This document shows positions 20,097-30,851 of a DNA stretch of 64,000 nucleotides, piece by piece. The DNA is from Phormidesmis sp. GTDB lineage: Bacteria; Cyanobacteriota; Cyanobacteriia; Leptolyngbyales; Leptolyngbyaceae. The notes under the pieces were generated by a model that saw only the letters and a program-made list of their open reading frames with translations, searched no databases and had not been told where the DNA came from. Both the position numbers and the translations under genes were made by a program. The stretch covers positions 544,001 to 608,000 of the forward strand of contig CBDFJR010000002.1 of NCBI GenBank assembly GCA_965248535.1. Direction: 5' to 3'. Positions within the stretch are counted from its first letter, which is position 1. Each line of letters begins with the position of its first letter.

Positions 20097-20315
20097 ATGA
20101 ATCTGTTTCGCAGTCGGGCCCATCATCTGATTGACACCCTCTCTGACTCAGAGCTAGAAAGCTTGTGGACAGAGTTAGAAACGCTCTATCACGATCTCTA
20201 TATGCTGAAAGCCATAGAAGTTTCAAAGCATACCCATCGACCTGGTGACACCTTGACCCGTGACGATGCGCTGCGGCTGTTGCCCCTGATCCAATCGTCT
20301 TCGCGAGCTTTATGA
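20097..20315 (+). CDS. Small hypothetical protein, putative antitoxin partner
   Basis: MNLFRSRAHHLIDTLSDSEL...GDTLTRDDAL; ATGA overlap with the downstream RelE-like gene. Confidence 0.6.
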   Translation: MNLFRSRAHHLIDTLSDSELESLWTELETLYHDLYMLKAIEVSKHTHRPGDTLTRDDALRLLPLIQSSSRAL

Positions 20316-20614
20316 AGACCAACAAATCTGGTTCGATGGGTGGTTTATTGCTTCCGGCGCGGCTTGAAGTTCGCTACGATCGTATCTTCCTACTCGATCT
20401 CAAGAGCTTAGAATCGGCTGCGTTTCAAAAGATTCAGCAGTTTGTCTTTGGCGAGTTTTTCCAAATTAATCAGCTTCAAGATTTGCATGAGTTTCAAACC
20501 CTTGGCGCGAGTGAGATTCTCTATCGCTTTACGCTAGACACTTATTTGGTCAGCATAGAGATCACTGGGCAGATTATTAAATTCTTGCGAATTTTGCCAA
20601 AACCGAATATTTGA
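20312..20614 (+). CDS. RelE-like cytotoxic translational repressor homologue (degenerate)
   Basis: EVRYDRIFLLDLKSL...LYRFTLDTYLVSIEITGQIIKFLRIL resembles the RelE fold layout. Confidence 0.6.
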   Translation: MKTNKSGSMGGLLLPARLEVRYDRIFLLDLKSLESAAFQKIQQFVFGEFFQINQLQDLHEFQTLGASEILYRFTLDTYLVSIEITGQIIKFLRILPKPNI

Positions 20615-20791
20615 TCCGCGATCGCTCAAGGCTTTATCCGTTCTCTCAAACGCTGAGGAGCAGAGAGTCACCGCCGGATTGTTGGCAGCTTTTCGGACTG
20701 CATTCTTAAATTTCTCCCTCAAGTTCTTCGCTCAGAGTCGCTAGCACCTATAGACTATTGGGTGGCGACTTCACAAAGGGCAAAGAATTCT

Positions 20792-22378
20792 ATGGACTCG
20801 GCTGCACTCTGGCAACGCTATCAAGGCTGGCTTTACTACCATGCAGGGTTAGAATTCTATCTTGATGTTAGTCGGATGCGGTTTGAGGACGAATTTGTCC
20901 AACAGTTAAAACCCAAATTTGACCAGGCATTTCAAGACATGGCGGCGCTAGAATCGGGCGCGATCGCTAACCCTGACGAAAACCGCATGGTCGGTCACTA
21001 TTGGCTCCGTGACCCCGACTTGGCTCCCAACGAAGATTTTAAGCAAGACATTGTGCAAACGATCGCAGAGATTGAGTCGTTTGTGCACAAGATCCACTCT
21101 GGTGAAATCCATCCGCCCTACGCTGAGAAATTTACGGATGTTTTGTCAGTCGGCATTGGTGGCTCGGCCCTAGGTCCAGAGTTTGTGGCTGAGGCGCTGT
21201 CGCCTGATTTTCCGCCCTTGGGCATTCATTTCATCGATAACACCGATCCCGCAGGCATCGATCGGGTCTTGGCTAAACTTGACGATCGCTTGACGACCAC
21301 GCTGGTGCTCGTGATCTCAAAATCGGGCGGCACCCCCGAACCGCGCAATGGCATGATCGAGGTGCAGCACGCCTTTAGCCGCCGCAACCTAGACTTTAGT
21401 CAGCAAGCTGTCGCGATCACGGGCAGAGGCAGCAACTTAGACAACATCGCTAAGTCTCAGGGCTGGCTGTCCACCTTTCCCATGCACGATTGGGTCGGCG
21501 GCCGGACTTCTGAATTTTCTGCCGTGGGGTTGGTTCCGGCAGCGCTGCAAGGCATCGATATTCGCGCCATGCTGGCAGGTGCAAAAGAAATGGATGCCGC
21601 CACTCGGCTGCCTGAGATCAAGGGCAATCCGGCGGCGCTGTTAGCCCTTGCCTGGTATTTTTCGGGCAACGGCAAAGGCGAAAAAGATATGGTGGTGTTG
21701 CCTTATAAAGACAGTTTGCTGCTGTTTAGCCGCTATCTTCAACAATTGGTGATGGAGTCGTTGGGCAAAGAAAAAGATCTCGACGGCAACACGGTTTATC
21801 AAGGCATCGCGGTCTACGGCAACAAAGGGTCAACCGATCAGCACGCCTATGTGCAGCAGTTGCGGGAAGGAGTGCCCAACTTCTTCTTAACGTTTATCGA
21901 GGTGCTGCACGATCGCACCGGCCCCTCGATCGAGGTCGAAGCGGGTGTGACCTCTGGTGACTATCTCTCTGGGCTGCTTCAGGGCACCCGTCAGGCTCTT
22001 TATGAAAATCATCGAGACTCCATCACTGTCACGATCCCCGAAGTGAATGCCCATAATGTGGGAGCGCTGATCGCCCTCTATGAGAGGGCTGTGGGCTTTT
22101 ATGGGTTTCTTGTCAACGTCAATGCCTATCACCAGCCTGGTGTTGAAGCAGGCAAAAAGGCCGCCGCCGTAATTCTAGACTTGCAGCGCAACGTTGTGCA
22201 GGTTTTGCAAGCCGAAAAAACGCCGCTGCCGATCGCCACCTTAGCCCTCAAAGCCGGAGCACCCGATCAGATTGAAGCGGTCTACAAAATTGTTCGTCAC
22301 TTGGAGGCAAACCAGCGTGGAGTCAAGCTCTATGGCAACTTAGGGCGACCCGAAAGCTTGACGGTGAGCAGTGTCTAG
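20792..22378 (+). CDS. pgi: Glucose-6-phosphate isomerase
   Basis: [45 protein letters not shown]. Confidence 0.97.
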   Translation: MDSAALWQRYQGWLYYHAGLEFYLDVSRMRFEDEFVQQLKPKFDQAFQDMAALESGAIANPDENRMVGHYWLRDPDLAPNEDFKQDIVQTIAEIESFVHKIHSGEIHPPYAEKFTDVLSVGIGGSALGPEFVAEALSPDFPPLGIHFIDNTDPAGIDRVLAKLDDRLTTTLVLVISKSGGTPEPRNGMIEVQHAFSRRNLDFSQQAVAITGRGSNLDNIAKSQGWLSTFPMHDWVGGRTSEFSAVGLVPAALQGIDIRAMLAGAKEMDAATRLPEIKGNPAALLALAWYFSGNGKGEKDMVVLPYKDSLLLFSRYLQQLVMESLGKEKDLDGNTVYQGIAVYGNKGSTDQHAYVQQLREGVPNFFLTFIEVLHDRTGPSIEVEAGVTSGDYLSGLLQGTRQALYENHRDSITVTIPEVNAHNVGALIALYERAVGFYGFLVNVNAYHQPGVEAGKKAAAVILDLQRNVVQVLQAEKTPLPIATLALKAGAPDQIEAVYKIVRHLEANQRGVKLYGNLGRPESLTVSSV

Positions 22379-22381
22379 GGT

Positions 22382-23221
22382 TCATTTCACAAACTTAGGT
22401 CGGGCGGTCTGAGTCTGTTGAAGGGTTTCTTCAAGAGATGTCCAGTCTGCGTGGTCGATTTCGTAGATCAGGTGGTCAATCTGTTCTCGATAAACTTGCA
22501 GCGATCGCAGCACCTCTGCGCGGTTGAATTGCGCCATCATCAGTCCCAATTCAGGATTGCCGCCCCCCACTCGACTCGTGTCTCGAAACCCTGAGCTAGC
22601 CAGCGCTTGAGCCAGTTTGACCACATCTGGATCAGCTTCACTGAGACAAGCCGCGATCAGGCTGGCGCTGACCATCACAGGCAGATGAGAAATCCAGGCG
22701 ACGGCACGATCGTGCGCTTTAGGCTGACACTGATAGAGCCGAACTTGCAGCGGACGCACCACCGATTCGACGAGGGCGATCGCGTCGGGGGGTGTTGTCT
22801 CAGTCGGAGTCAGCACGTAGGGGTTTCCTGCAAATAAGCCATGCAGGGCGGCTTCGATGCCGCTCTCTGCTGTGCCTGCCATCGGGTGACCGCCCACAAA
22901 ATTACGCCACATTGGGGCAATCTCTTGGACGATCGCAGCTTTGACTGACCCCACATCCGTTAATATTGTCGTCAACGAAATGTGGGGAATTAGCTGCGAA
23001 ACCGTTGATCGAATGTGCGCGATCGGTGTGCAGATAAAAATTAGATCAGTGTCGGCTAGCAGCGCTAGATCAGCGGCCGCTTCGTCGGCTGCGCCTCTAG
23101 CCACAGCTATCTTACACGTCCGTTCTTGACGGCTGACCCCTAAGACCTGATGCCCTAGCGATCGTAGATCTAACCCCAGTGATCCCCCAATCAACCCCAA
23201 CCCTACAATCCCAATTTTCAT
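22382..23221 (-). CDS. tyrA: Prephenate/arogenate dehydrogenase
   Basis: GLGLIGGS, TDVGSVK, GGHPMAG, HDRAVAWISHLP, GFRDTSRVGG. Confidence 0.95.
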   Translation of the reverse strand: MKIGIVGLGLIGGSLGLDLRSLGHQVLGVSRQERTCKIAVARGAADEAAADLALLADTDLIFICTPIAHIRSTVSQLIPHISLTTILTDVGSVKAAIVQEIAPMWRNFVGGHPMAGTAESGIEAALHGLFAGNPYVLTPTETTPPDAIALVESVVRPLQVRLYQCQPKAHDRAVAWISHLPVMVSASLIAACLSEADPDVVKLAQALASSGFRDTSRVGGGNPELGLMMAQFNRAEVLRSLQVYREQIDHLIYEIDHADWTSLEETLQQTQTARPKFVK

Positions 23222-23329
23222 GGCTATCCATCTGACTTGTGTGCAGTGCTTCAGGCTAATTCTGATCTAGATTGGGGTACGTTAGCACCAGTTCGCCCCA
23301 CAATTTTCGCCGATCCGTTAGAGGCTCCC

Positions 23330-24880
23330 ATGAAGGCTGAGGAAGTTTTAAACCGATACACCACAGGGTCACGAGCGTTTTCTGCCCTTGACTTAAGAGA
23401 AATAAATCTAAGCGGAGCAAATTTGAGCAATGCGAGTTTTAGCCAGACTGACCTCAGTGTTGCCAACCTCGCAGGCGCAAATCTCAGCCGCACCGATCTC
23501 AGTCAAGCTAACCTCAGCGTCGCTAAACTTAACGGTGCCAACCTCAGCAGAGCCAATCTCAGCCACGCCACGCTCAACGTCGCCACTCTGACGATGGCTG
23601 ACCTGCGAGAAGCCAATCTTGTGCAAGCAGAGTTGATCAGGGCAGAACTGATGCGATCGGATCTGAGCGGTGCTGATCTGCGAGGAGCCAACCTCAGCCA
23701 TGCCGACCTGCGCGATGCCAAGCTGCGCTATGCCGACCTCAGCCAAACCAATTTGAGTCGGGCAGATTTGCGCCACGCCCTGCTCACTGAGGCCAATCTA
23801 GAGCAAGCCAATTTAGCTAGCGCCGATCTGAGCAGTGCCGATCTCACGGGCGCTGATCTCAATCACGCCGAGCTTCGACAGGCTAACCTCAGCCGTGCCA
23901 ATCTGCAAGGAGCCAACTTATCGGGAGCTAATTTTCGCTGGGCCGATCTGGGAGGTGCTGATCTGCGCTGGGCGGACTTGACGGGCGCAAAACTCAGCGG
24001 TGCCAACCTGACAGGAGCCGATTTAAGTCATGCGACGCTGCTCAACGCGACGTTGGTGCATGTCGATCTCACCCGCGCCAACCTAGCCGGAGCCGATTGG
24101 TCAGGAGCCGATCTCAGTGGTTCCACCATGACGGGTCTCAAACTGCATGGGGTCTCTCCATTTGGGATCAAAACGACTGGGGCCACCTGTCGCTGGATCG
24201 ATCTCAGTCAAAATGGCGACCAAAGCCAGATTTACACCTTTGCCACAGACGATTGTCAAGAATATTTCAACGAAACGCCCCCGATCGTCGAGATTGTGAT
24301 CGACGATCGGCTAAACACAGATGCTAACTGCGCCCTAGCGGTCACTTATCAGCAGGTGGCTCGACAGTGCGGCTGTTTGGCTCCTCCCCCCGAAATTGAG
24401 GTTCGATTGCGCCGAACCACGTTGACGTTTCGGCTAGAGCGAGATGAGCAGCTACTGATTGCGGCTTATGTCGCGATTTTTCCGTTTGAAGATCATCAAA
24501 TGACTCAACAGACGTTGATGAAGTTGCTGCACCAGATTCCCACTCAAGCTCTCAGTCACGATGCTGGCAAGATTCAGCAGTTTCAGCAACTGGTCACGAT
24601 TCTGAGTCAGCAGGTGCAGCACGTCAACGGGGTTAAACTTTTGCAGTCGATTCCGATCGCGCTCAAAAAAATGCCGTTCTTTCAAGCGCCCACCCAGACG
24701 AGTTTGATCAACTCTCATAATCAACGGCTGACGCTCTATCACAACCCCAAGTTTGGCAAACGCCCAGCCACGGCTCAGTCTGACGCAGGTCTCAATGGGC
24801 TACAGCAGACTCAGACCTTTAAGCCGCCGTCGGTTGAGGCCGCGATCGAGTTTGTGAAAGGCTTTCACCGTGGCGTTTAG
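23330..24880 (+). CDS. Pentapeptide repeat protein with C-terminal domain
   Basis: Long A(D/N)Lxx repeat tract after MKAEEVLNRYTTGSRAF. Confidence 0.92.
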   Translation: MKAEEVLNRYTTGSRAFSALDLREINLSGANLSNASFSQTDLSVANLAGANLSRTDLSQANLSVAKLNGANLSRANLSHATLNVATLTMADLREANLVQAELIRAELMRSDLSGADLRGANLSHADLRDAKLRYADLSQTNLSRADLRHALLTEANLEQANLASADLSSADLTGADLNHAELRQANLSRANLQGANLSGANFRWADLGGADLRWADLTGAKLSGANLTGADLSHATLLNATLVHVDLTRANLAGADWSGADLSGSTMTGLKLHGVSPFGIKTTGATCRWIDLSQNGDQSQIYTFATDDCQEYFNETPPIVEIVIDDRLNTDANCALAVTYQQVARQCGCLAPPPEIEVRLRRTTLTFRLERDEQLLIAAYVAIFPFEDHQMTQQTLMKLLHQIPTQALSHDAGKIQQFQQLVTILSQQVQHVNGVKLLQSIPIALKKMPFFQAPTQTSLINSHNQRLTLYHNPKFGKRPATAQSDAGLNGLQQTQTFKPPSVEAAIEFVKGFHRGV

Positions 24881-24887
24881 AAACCGA

Positions 24888-26738
24888 CTAGAGATAATAT
24901 CGAACCGTTGTCACCACGCGGCTTTTCTTCGTCCGCAGGGCCGCCTTGAGAAATAGGGTCGTCTGGTTGTGTAAAACGCTCTCCCACCAGCGGCGCGGCA
25001 CAAAGGCAGGAATAATGATCGTGGACAGCACGCCAGGATGCTGATCTTCAAAATCACTGACAAACTCTAAAATGGGCGTGACGACCGATCGATAGGGAGA
25101 CTCTAAAATGTGCAGGTCAATGTCGGATTCTAATTCTTGCCAGCGAGTTTGCAGTTTCTCGCGATTGGTTGAGCCAGTGTCCACATGAACGGCTACCACC
25201 TCATCGCCAATGCTGCGGGCATAGTCTAAGGCCTCGACGGTGCCTCGGTGCAGTTGACCCACGACCACGATCGCGGGATGAGTTGCACTCGCGCCTTTGG
25301 GCCGAGCCATATAGCTGCGGGGTGCCAATTCCTGAATGCTGAGGCGGTTGGCTACATACTGATAGTGTTTGCGAATGCTGCCAAAGAGCCATACCAAGAG
25401 CGGGATCGCAAACACAACCACCCAGGCCCCGATCGTAAACTTTGTCCAAATCACGACCACTAGCACGATCGCGGTAGCCACGGCTCCTAGCCCATTCATC
25501 AAGGCGCTAGCCTGCCAGCCGCGACTTTGGCCCTTATACCAATGGATCACCATCCCCGCTTGCGAAAGGGTAAATGATGTAAACACCCCCACCGCATAGA
25601 GAGGAATAATCTTAGTGGTATCCCCAGCAAAGACCACCACTAATACGGCAGCACAAATACTGAGCAGCAAAATGCCATTAGAGTAGACGAGGCGATCGCC
25701 CAAGAGCGCCAACTGTCGCGGCAAAAAACCGTCTCGGGCCAAAAAATAGCAGAGCCGCGGAAAGTCGGCATAGCTCGTGTTAGCCGCCAGCAGCAAAATT
25801 GCCGGGGTCGCAAACAAAACCAGAAAATAATAGAGAGGCGACAGCCCAAAAATTTGCCGACTCAACAGCGACAAGACCGTTTCTGACTCGCTGGGCACAA
25901 GCTGATAGATGTGAGCAAGATAGGTAATGCCCAAAAACATCGCCCCTAGAATAATGCCCAGATAGAGCAACGTTTGGCGAGCATTGATCCACTCTGGTGG
26001 CTTAAAGGCCAGCACTCCATCTGAGATGGCTTCGACCCCTGTCAAGGCGGTGCATCCAGCAGCAAAGGCTCTCAAAATCAAAAACAAACTCAGTTGCTCA
26101 GTCACTTTGTGAATGGTTTCGCCCGCCGGGATCGGGGTCAACTGCCCGGTGACCTGATTAAACATCCCTACGCCAATCAGCACAAAAATGCTGACAATAA
26201 ATGCGTAGGTCGGCACCATAAAAATTCTGCCGGACTCCTTCACGCCTCGCAGGTTTGCCAGCATGATCAAAAAGATCGCTACCAGGCAAAGCTCTACGGT
26301 GAAGGGGCGCAAAAATGGGACAGCAGACACAAAGTTATCGATTCCGGCTGAGACGCTGACGGCCACCGTGAGAATGTAGTCAATCATCAGCGAGGCCCCT
26401 GCGATCAACCCAGGCAACAGCCCCAGATTGCCCCGCGCCACGATATAAGACCCACCACCTTTGGGGTAAGCGCGAATCGTCTGACGATAAGACAGCGTGA
26501 CAATGATCAGCAGAAGGACGATCGCCAGCGAGATCGGCAGCGAAAATCCAAGCACGCCTGCCCCTGATCCCGCCGCCACCAGAACGAGCAGCGTTTCTTG
26601 AGTGGCATAGGCTACCGACGACAGTGCATCTGAAGAAAGCACGGCCAGAGCAGCGGCTTTGGTTAACCGTTCTTCGTCATGGGCACTGGTGGGTAGAATT
26701 TTGCCCAATAAAAATTGCTTGACTTGAGAGAAACTCAT
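24888..26738 (-). CDS. APC family permease (KimA-like K+/amino acid transporter)
   Basis: SSDALSSVAYA, YPKGGGSY, TGVEAISDG, IPLYAVGVF, C-terminal SPYRSV...LHNQT. Confidence 0.9.
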   Translation of the reverse strand: MSFSQVKQFLLGKILPTSAHDEERLTKAAALAVLSSDALSSVAYATQETLLVLVAAGSGAGVLGFSLPISLAIVLLLIIVTLSYRQTIRAYPKGGGSYIVARGNLGLLPGLIAGASLMIDYILTVAVSVSAGIDNFVSAVPFLRPFTVELCLVAIFLIMLANLRGVKESGRIFMVPTYAFIVSIFVLIGVGMFNQVTGQLTPIPAGETIHKVTEQLSLFLILRAFAAGCTALTGVEAISDGVLAFKPPEWINARQTLLYLGIILGAMFLGITYLAHIYQLVPSESETVLSLLSRQIFGLSPLYYFLVLFATPAILLLAANTSYADFPRLCYFLARDGFLPRQLALLGDRLVYSNGILLLSICAAVLVVVFAGDTTKIIPLYAVGVFTSFTLSQAGMVIHWYKGQSRGWQASALMNGLGAVATAIVLVVVIWTKFTIGAWVVVFAIPLLVWLFGSIRKHYQYVANRLSIQELAPRSYMARPKGASATHPAIVVVGQLHRGTVEALDYARSIGDEVVAVHVDTGSTNREKLQTRWQELESDIDLHILESPYRSVVTPILEFVSDFEDQHPGVLSTIIIPAFVPRRWWESVLHNQTTLFLKAALRTKKSRVVTTVRYYL

Positions 26739-26960
26739 GGAGAGAAATCACCTTCAGTGTTGAAGAGCCAGATTGATCAGCATTAAACGCTAGAAAACTC
26801 ATTCTTTAAGCCGTTGCGATCATAGACCAGATGCAGGAGTTGAGCGTTGATTCTCTACGCGATCGCAACACTCGTCTAATCTTCCGATAGATTTAATGGG
26901 GTCTAGCGATGATTAGACTAGAGACATACCTCTTGAAATGGTGAAAGGGTCAGGCTAAAA

Positions 26961-27566
26961 ATGACTTCACTGCGCGATCGGTTTAATCAATTTACAGGCA
27001 AAACTCGGTTTGTTGTCTGTCGCCTATTCATCCATCTTGCGGGCAAAGAAGTTGCGCCATTGCTAGGAGTGCTCAACCAGGCAGCGCGACAAGCCGTCAA
27101 TGCCGATGGCGAGATGTCAGTGTTGGGTCAAGGGCTGGTCGAACTTTGCCAGAGCCTTTTGCAATATCAAAGCTATTGGCTGTCTGCCGCCAACGAAGGC
27201 GACGTGTTTTGGAGCGAGGGTGAAGCTGGAGACTATGTAAACGAGTTGTTTACAGACTCTGCCCAGCGCTATTTGAGTGCGCCTGAGTTAGCAGACGCAT
27301 CGGGTCAAGCGGTCGATCCCCTCTCGTTGCCCGTGACTCAAAATTTGATTGTGATGATCACGATCGCCGCCGAAGGTGAGGTGCCTGACCTGGAAACCGA
27401 CCTTGCCAGCGTCCGTGCTTTGCAGGCAGGATTAAAGACAATCATCAATTTGCACTATCAAGAACGGCTACAGGCAGTTCAGGTGCATTTTTCCCCGGCT
27501 CGCCTGGGTGAGCAACTTGACCCTGATCAGCTTTTAGAGTTCTTTCCAGAATTAATTCCTCTATAG
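26961..27566 (+). CDS. DUF1517-like conserved cyanobacterial protein
   Basis: YWLSAANEGDVFWSEGEAGDYVNELFTDSAQRY; C-terminal FPELIPL. Confidence 0.7.
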   Translation: MTSLRDRFNQFTGKTRFVVCRLFIHLAGKEVAPLLGVLNQAARQAVNADGEMSVLGQGLVELCQSLLQYQSYWLSAANEGDVFWSEGEAGDYVNELFTDSAQRYLSAPELADASGQAVDPLSLPVTQNLIVMITIAAEGEVPDLETDLASVRALQAGLKTIINLHYQERLQAVQVHFSPARLGEQLDPDQLLEFFPELIPL

Positions 27567-27580
27567 CCAATGCTCAATCT

Positions 27581-28474
27581 ATGACCTCTCCCTTTTTTAG
27601 ATCTATGCTTCGCCGACTCTTGCTGGTTTCGATGTCTGCTGCCTTGGGTCTGACCACCGTTAGCTGTGGTTTCCCCTCTTCAAGCGACTCCCAGGCTAAT
27701 GGGCAGAGCAACCGCCCTGCTAACGCCCGCGTCGAACAAACGCGGCTTGCCGATGGGCAATATTCGGTTCAGCAAGCGACTTATGATGATGGCGATGGCG
27801 AATATACGGTGCTGCTGTTAGACACAAAACCCGGCGTGCCCTCCTCATTTCGCACCCAAAATTTGCCGCTGGCTCAGTTAACTCCTGAGGAAGTCAAAGC
27901 AGGGCAAAAGAACTATCTCAAGGTTGAAAACGGTCAGCCATCGCTGCACATTCCCGAAGATTTTAAGATTGAATATGTGCACAATGTTGCCGAAAATGTG
28001 ACCAATCCTCAAACTGGGCAAGCCGAAACGCGCATTGTCCGCCAAGAGCCGAGTTTTTGGACTCCGTTTGCTGGGTCAGTCGCTGGAGCGATCGCAGGTC
28101 AAGCGATCGGCAGTCTGCTGTTTCGTCCTCAATATTATGTGCCTCCTGTCTATCAAACGGGTCGTCCGCTGGTCGGGTTTGGGGGCTATGGCAGCAGCTA
28201 TAACCAGGCTGTTGACAGCTACCAGCAGCGCTATCAGGCTCCTCCTGCCGCCGTGCAAAACCGCCAAGTCTTTCGCTCTACTGGGCGCATCAACACCCCG
28301 TCTTACAACAATCCAGGAGTCAGCCGCCCCTCGATCACTAACGATCGTCCTACAGGTTCTGGCTATGGCTCTAGCAATCTGCGCCGTTCTACAGGTTCCA
28401 CACCCAGTCGGGTCAACCGCCCTAGCTCATTTGGGAGCGGGCGATCGAGCGTTGGTGGCAGCCGAAGACGCTAG
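27581..28474 (+). CDS. Conserved hypothetical lipoprotein with Gly/Ser/Arg-rich tail
   Basis: Signal peptide with lipobox-like TVSC; low-complexity C-terminus. Confidence 0.75.
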   Translation: MTSPFFRSMLRRLLLVSMSAALGLTTVSCGFPSSSDSQANGQSNRPANARVEQTRLADGQYSVQQATYDDGDGEYTVLLLDTKPGVPSSFRTQNLPLAQLTPEEVKAGQKNYLKVENGQPSLHIPEDFKIEYVHNVAENVTNPQTGQAETRIVRQEPSFWTPFAGSVAGAIAGQAIGSLLFRPQYYVPPVYQTGRPLVGFGGYGSSYNQAVDSYQQRYQAPPAAVQNRQVFRSTGRINTPSYNNPGVSRPSITNDRPTGSGYGSSNLRRSTGSTPSRVNRPSSFGSGRSSVGGSRRR

Positions 28475-28549
28475 AGAACGAGACCCTGCCTAAGAGTGCT
28501 GCCAGTCACCGATGTGATTCACTCCATCCTCCCAAGAAAGTTATTATTT

Positions 28550-28583
28550 CCCTGCGGTTAAATCAATCTCCGCAGGGTTTTTT
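28550..28583 (+). terminator. Intrinsic terminator
   Basis: CCCTGCGG...CCGCAGGG stem followed by a T-run, downstream of the 27581 gene. Confidence 0.7.
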
Positions 28584-28629
28584 ATGGATATGTCAGAATG
28601 GTCATCTAGTACGACATGAGTTCAAGCTT

Positions 28630-30135
28630 GTGATTGAGGTAGAAGTTCATCAGCAACTCCGCGCTTTTCTGCGAGAGCAGGGCGAACCCTATTGGTCACA
28701 TCATCTGACGATGGCACGGCTAGTGGCCCGGGCCTTGCGGATTGGTCGCAGCGCTCTCATCCAAACGGGGGTGCCTTCTGGCTATCATGGGCGCTATCGC
28801 CTCAGCTATTTGGTGCCGATCTTGATGTGGGAAGGGTCGGTGATGGTCGTGGCTCCTGAATCGGTTCAGCAACGGCTGCTGATGGTTGAGATTCCGCGGC
28901 TGCGGCAGTGGATCGATACACCCAAGCCGATTCGCACGGGCGATCGCTGGGTCAGCCCTGATTTTGAAGGCATTTTGCTTACGACTCCCGAAGCTTGGTT
29001 AAGCGATCGTCTCAAGGGTGAAGGCAGATTTCCGGTAGGCATTCCTACGATCATCGATGGGGTAGATGATCTCGAACGATGGGTGCGCGATCAGTTAACC
29101 ACTAATCTGCAAGCCGCTGACTGGAACGATCTAATGCTGGCGTGTCCTGGACAGACTGAGCAAATTCGAGATGCCAGAGTGCAGTTGACGAAAGCAATTT
29201 TTCATCACCCCGCTAACCCCTATGAGTGTTGTCTAATCGAGCCGCCCGAACAAGAAATTCTCAACAGACTCTATCAAGAGTTGCCCTCGTCTCTGCCCGC
29301 AAATTGGGCGCATTTTTTTAGCCAAACTCAAACCGAAGAGCAGCTTGTTTGGGCAGTGATCGCTCGTCAACTGGGGCAGTTTTCGCTGCACTGCGCCCCA
29401 ACTGAAATCGCTTCAAGCCTGGGTGCTATCTGGTCGCAGCAGCCCACGGTTTTAATTGGCGGTGCCCTAGATCTCGACTCAGATGCCCTGACTTATCGCC
29501 AAAAATTAGGCTTGAGCGATGAGTTGACCTGTCTGAAGTTTTCCCTCGATCGTCAAGATGATCTGATTCAGCTATACCAGCCAGAAGGCTTTCCGATGCC
29601 CAACACCCCCCAGTTTCAAGGGGCTTTGCTTCAAGAACTGCGATCGCTGCTCAGTGCCAGCACAGCAGTGCAAGGGCTATCGGTGATCTTGGTCGGAGAT
29701 ATGCCGCTCAAAGCTCAAGTGGGCACCGTGTTAGCCTCAGAGTTTGGCTCTAGAGTGCAAATCGAACGCACCTGTCTCGACGATAACGGCATCTTGGTCA
29801 CAGGCTGGGAGTTTTGGCGAGCGCATCAGAGCGTGCTGCCTGCTCCCTATTTGTTAGCGATCGCGACATTGCCCATTCCCTCGCTAGAAAACCCCCTCGT
29901 GGCCGGGCGAGTTGCTTATCATAAAAAACTTCGTCAGGATTGGTTTCGGCTTTATTTATTTCCAGAAGCTTTGAGTGAGTTGCAGTGGGCGATCGCTCCA
30001 GTTCGTGAATGTCAAGGAGTGGTGGCACTTTTGGATAGCCGCGTGATTCACCGCAGCTACGGCAGTCAAGTTTTAGCCGCCCTCAGCCCCCTAGCCCGCA
30101 TCAATTATCTAGATGCTAGTTTGTTTACCAATTAA
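28630..30135 (+). CDS. DinG-family helicase-like protein (degenerate NTPase motifs)
   Basis: DinG-type C-terminus LPIPSLENP...GVVALLDSRVIHRSYG. Confidence 0.8.
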   Translation: MIEVEVHQQLRAFLREQGEPYWSHHLTMARLVARALRIGRSALIQTGVPSGYHGRYRLSYLVPILMWEGSVMVVAPESVQQRLLMVEIPRLRQWIDTPKPIRTGDRWVSPDFEGILLTTPEAWLSDRLKGEGRFPVGIPTIIDGVDDLERWVRDQLTTNLQAADWNDLMLACPGQTEQIRDARVQLTKAIFHHPANPYECCLIEPPEQEILNRLYQELPSSLPANWAHFFSQTQTEEQLVWAVIARQLGQFSLHCAPTEIASSLGAIWSQQPTVLIGGALDLDSDALTYRQKLGLSDELTCLKFSLDRQDDLIQLYQPEGFPMPNTPQFQGALLQELRSLLSASTAVQGLSVILVGDMPLKAQVGTVLASEFGSRVQIERTCLDDNGILVTGWEFWRAHQSVLPAPYLLAIATLPIPSLENPLVAGRVAYHKKLRQDWFRLYLFPEALSELQWAIAPVRECQGVVALLDSRVIHRSYGSQVLAALSPLARINYLDASLFTN

Positions 30136-30347
30136 TGGGGTCTCAAGCTCCATCCTTTTAAGACAGCTTTTTTGAGCAACGGTGAAACTCTTCTGCCATC
30201 GTGAAACGGCTCAGACACCCGCTCAGGCAGAAATTGAGAGGCAACATCAGCGACACCCACCTGCCTAGCAGTAGTTAGCAAGACTGAAATCAGCCAGCTA
30301 GAAACGCTATTATCAAGAACGAAACCTTCACTGAAAGACAAAAAGCA

Positions 30348-30560
30348 ATGGGAGAAGCAAAACGTCGTAAAGAATCTCTGGGAGAAGACTATGGCAAGGA
30401 GCCTAACATCTCCCCCTGGCTACCTGTGACTAAGACTCAAGCCCAGCAGTTTGTGCAGTGGTCTTCTACGGGAGCTTGGGTCGGCATTGTTGGTCTCGTC
30501 GCGGCCTGGGTCACCATCCGGTTTGTGGGGCCTCTGTTGGGCTGGTGGCAGGTCAATTGA
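30348..30560 (+). CDS. DUF2839 family small membrane protein
   Basis: MGEAKRRK...GAWVGI...RFVGPLLGWW. Confidence 0.85.
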   Translation: MGEAKRRKESLGEDYGKEPNISPWLPVTKTQAQQFVQWSSTGAWVGIVGLVAAWVTIRFVGPLLGWWQVN

Positions 30561-30676
30561 TGGGTCAGGAACTTTAGCGATGCTGAATCGTCTAGGGGCC
30601 CTCGGCGTTAATATATGTTGTGCCGCATCCAAAATTCTTTAAAAAACCTAAAAAATTGAGAGATTTGATCGAACTT

Positions 30677-30718
30677 GTGGCTCTCGATACTTTGCGGTCT
30701 GATCTGATTCGTTAATAT
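30677..30718 (+). promoter_or_regulatory. Putative NtcA-type class II promoter for the DUF1815 gene
   Basis: GTG-N8-TAC at 30677-30690, then exactly 22 nt, then TAATAT at 30713-30718. Confidence 0.5.
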
Positions 30719-30851
30719 GGAGTGGCATCTAGGGGTGTTGTTTTTAACATCCACTGGCGAGTCTTCCTAAAGGAGACCCGTCAGAACTGGGAGAGATCGT
30801 TTAGATCTTAATAAAGGGTTTAGAATTGGGTGTGGTGATTGGAGGACGATT

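Noticed and set aside
26739..26960. c-di-AMP riboswitch upstream of the KimA-like permease
   Set aside because: No recognisable ydaO consensus seen by eye.
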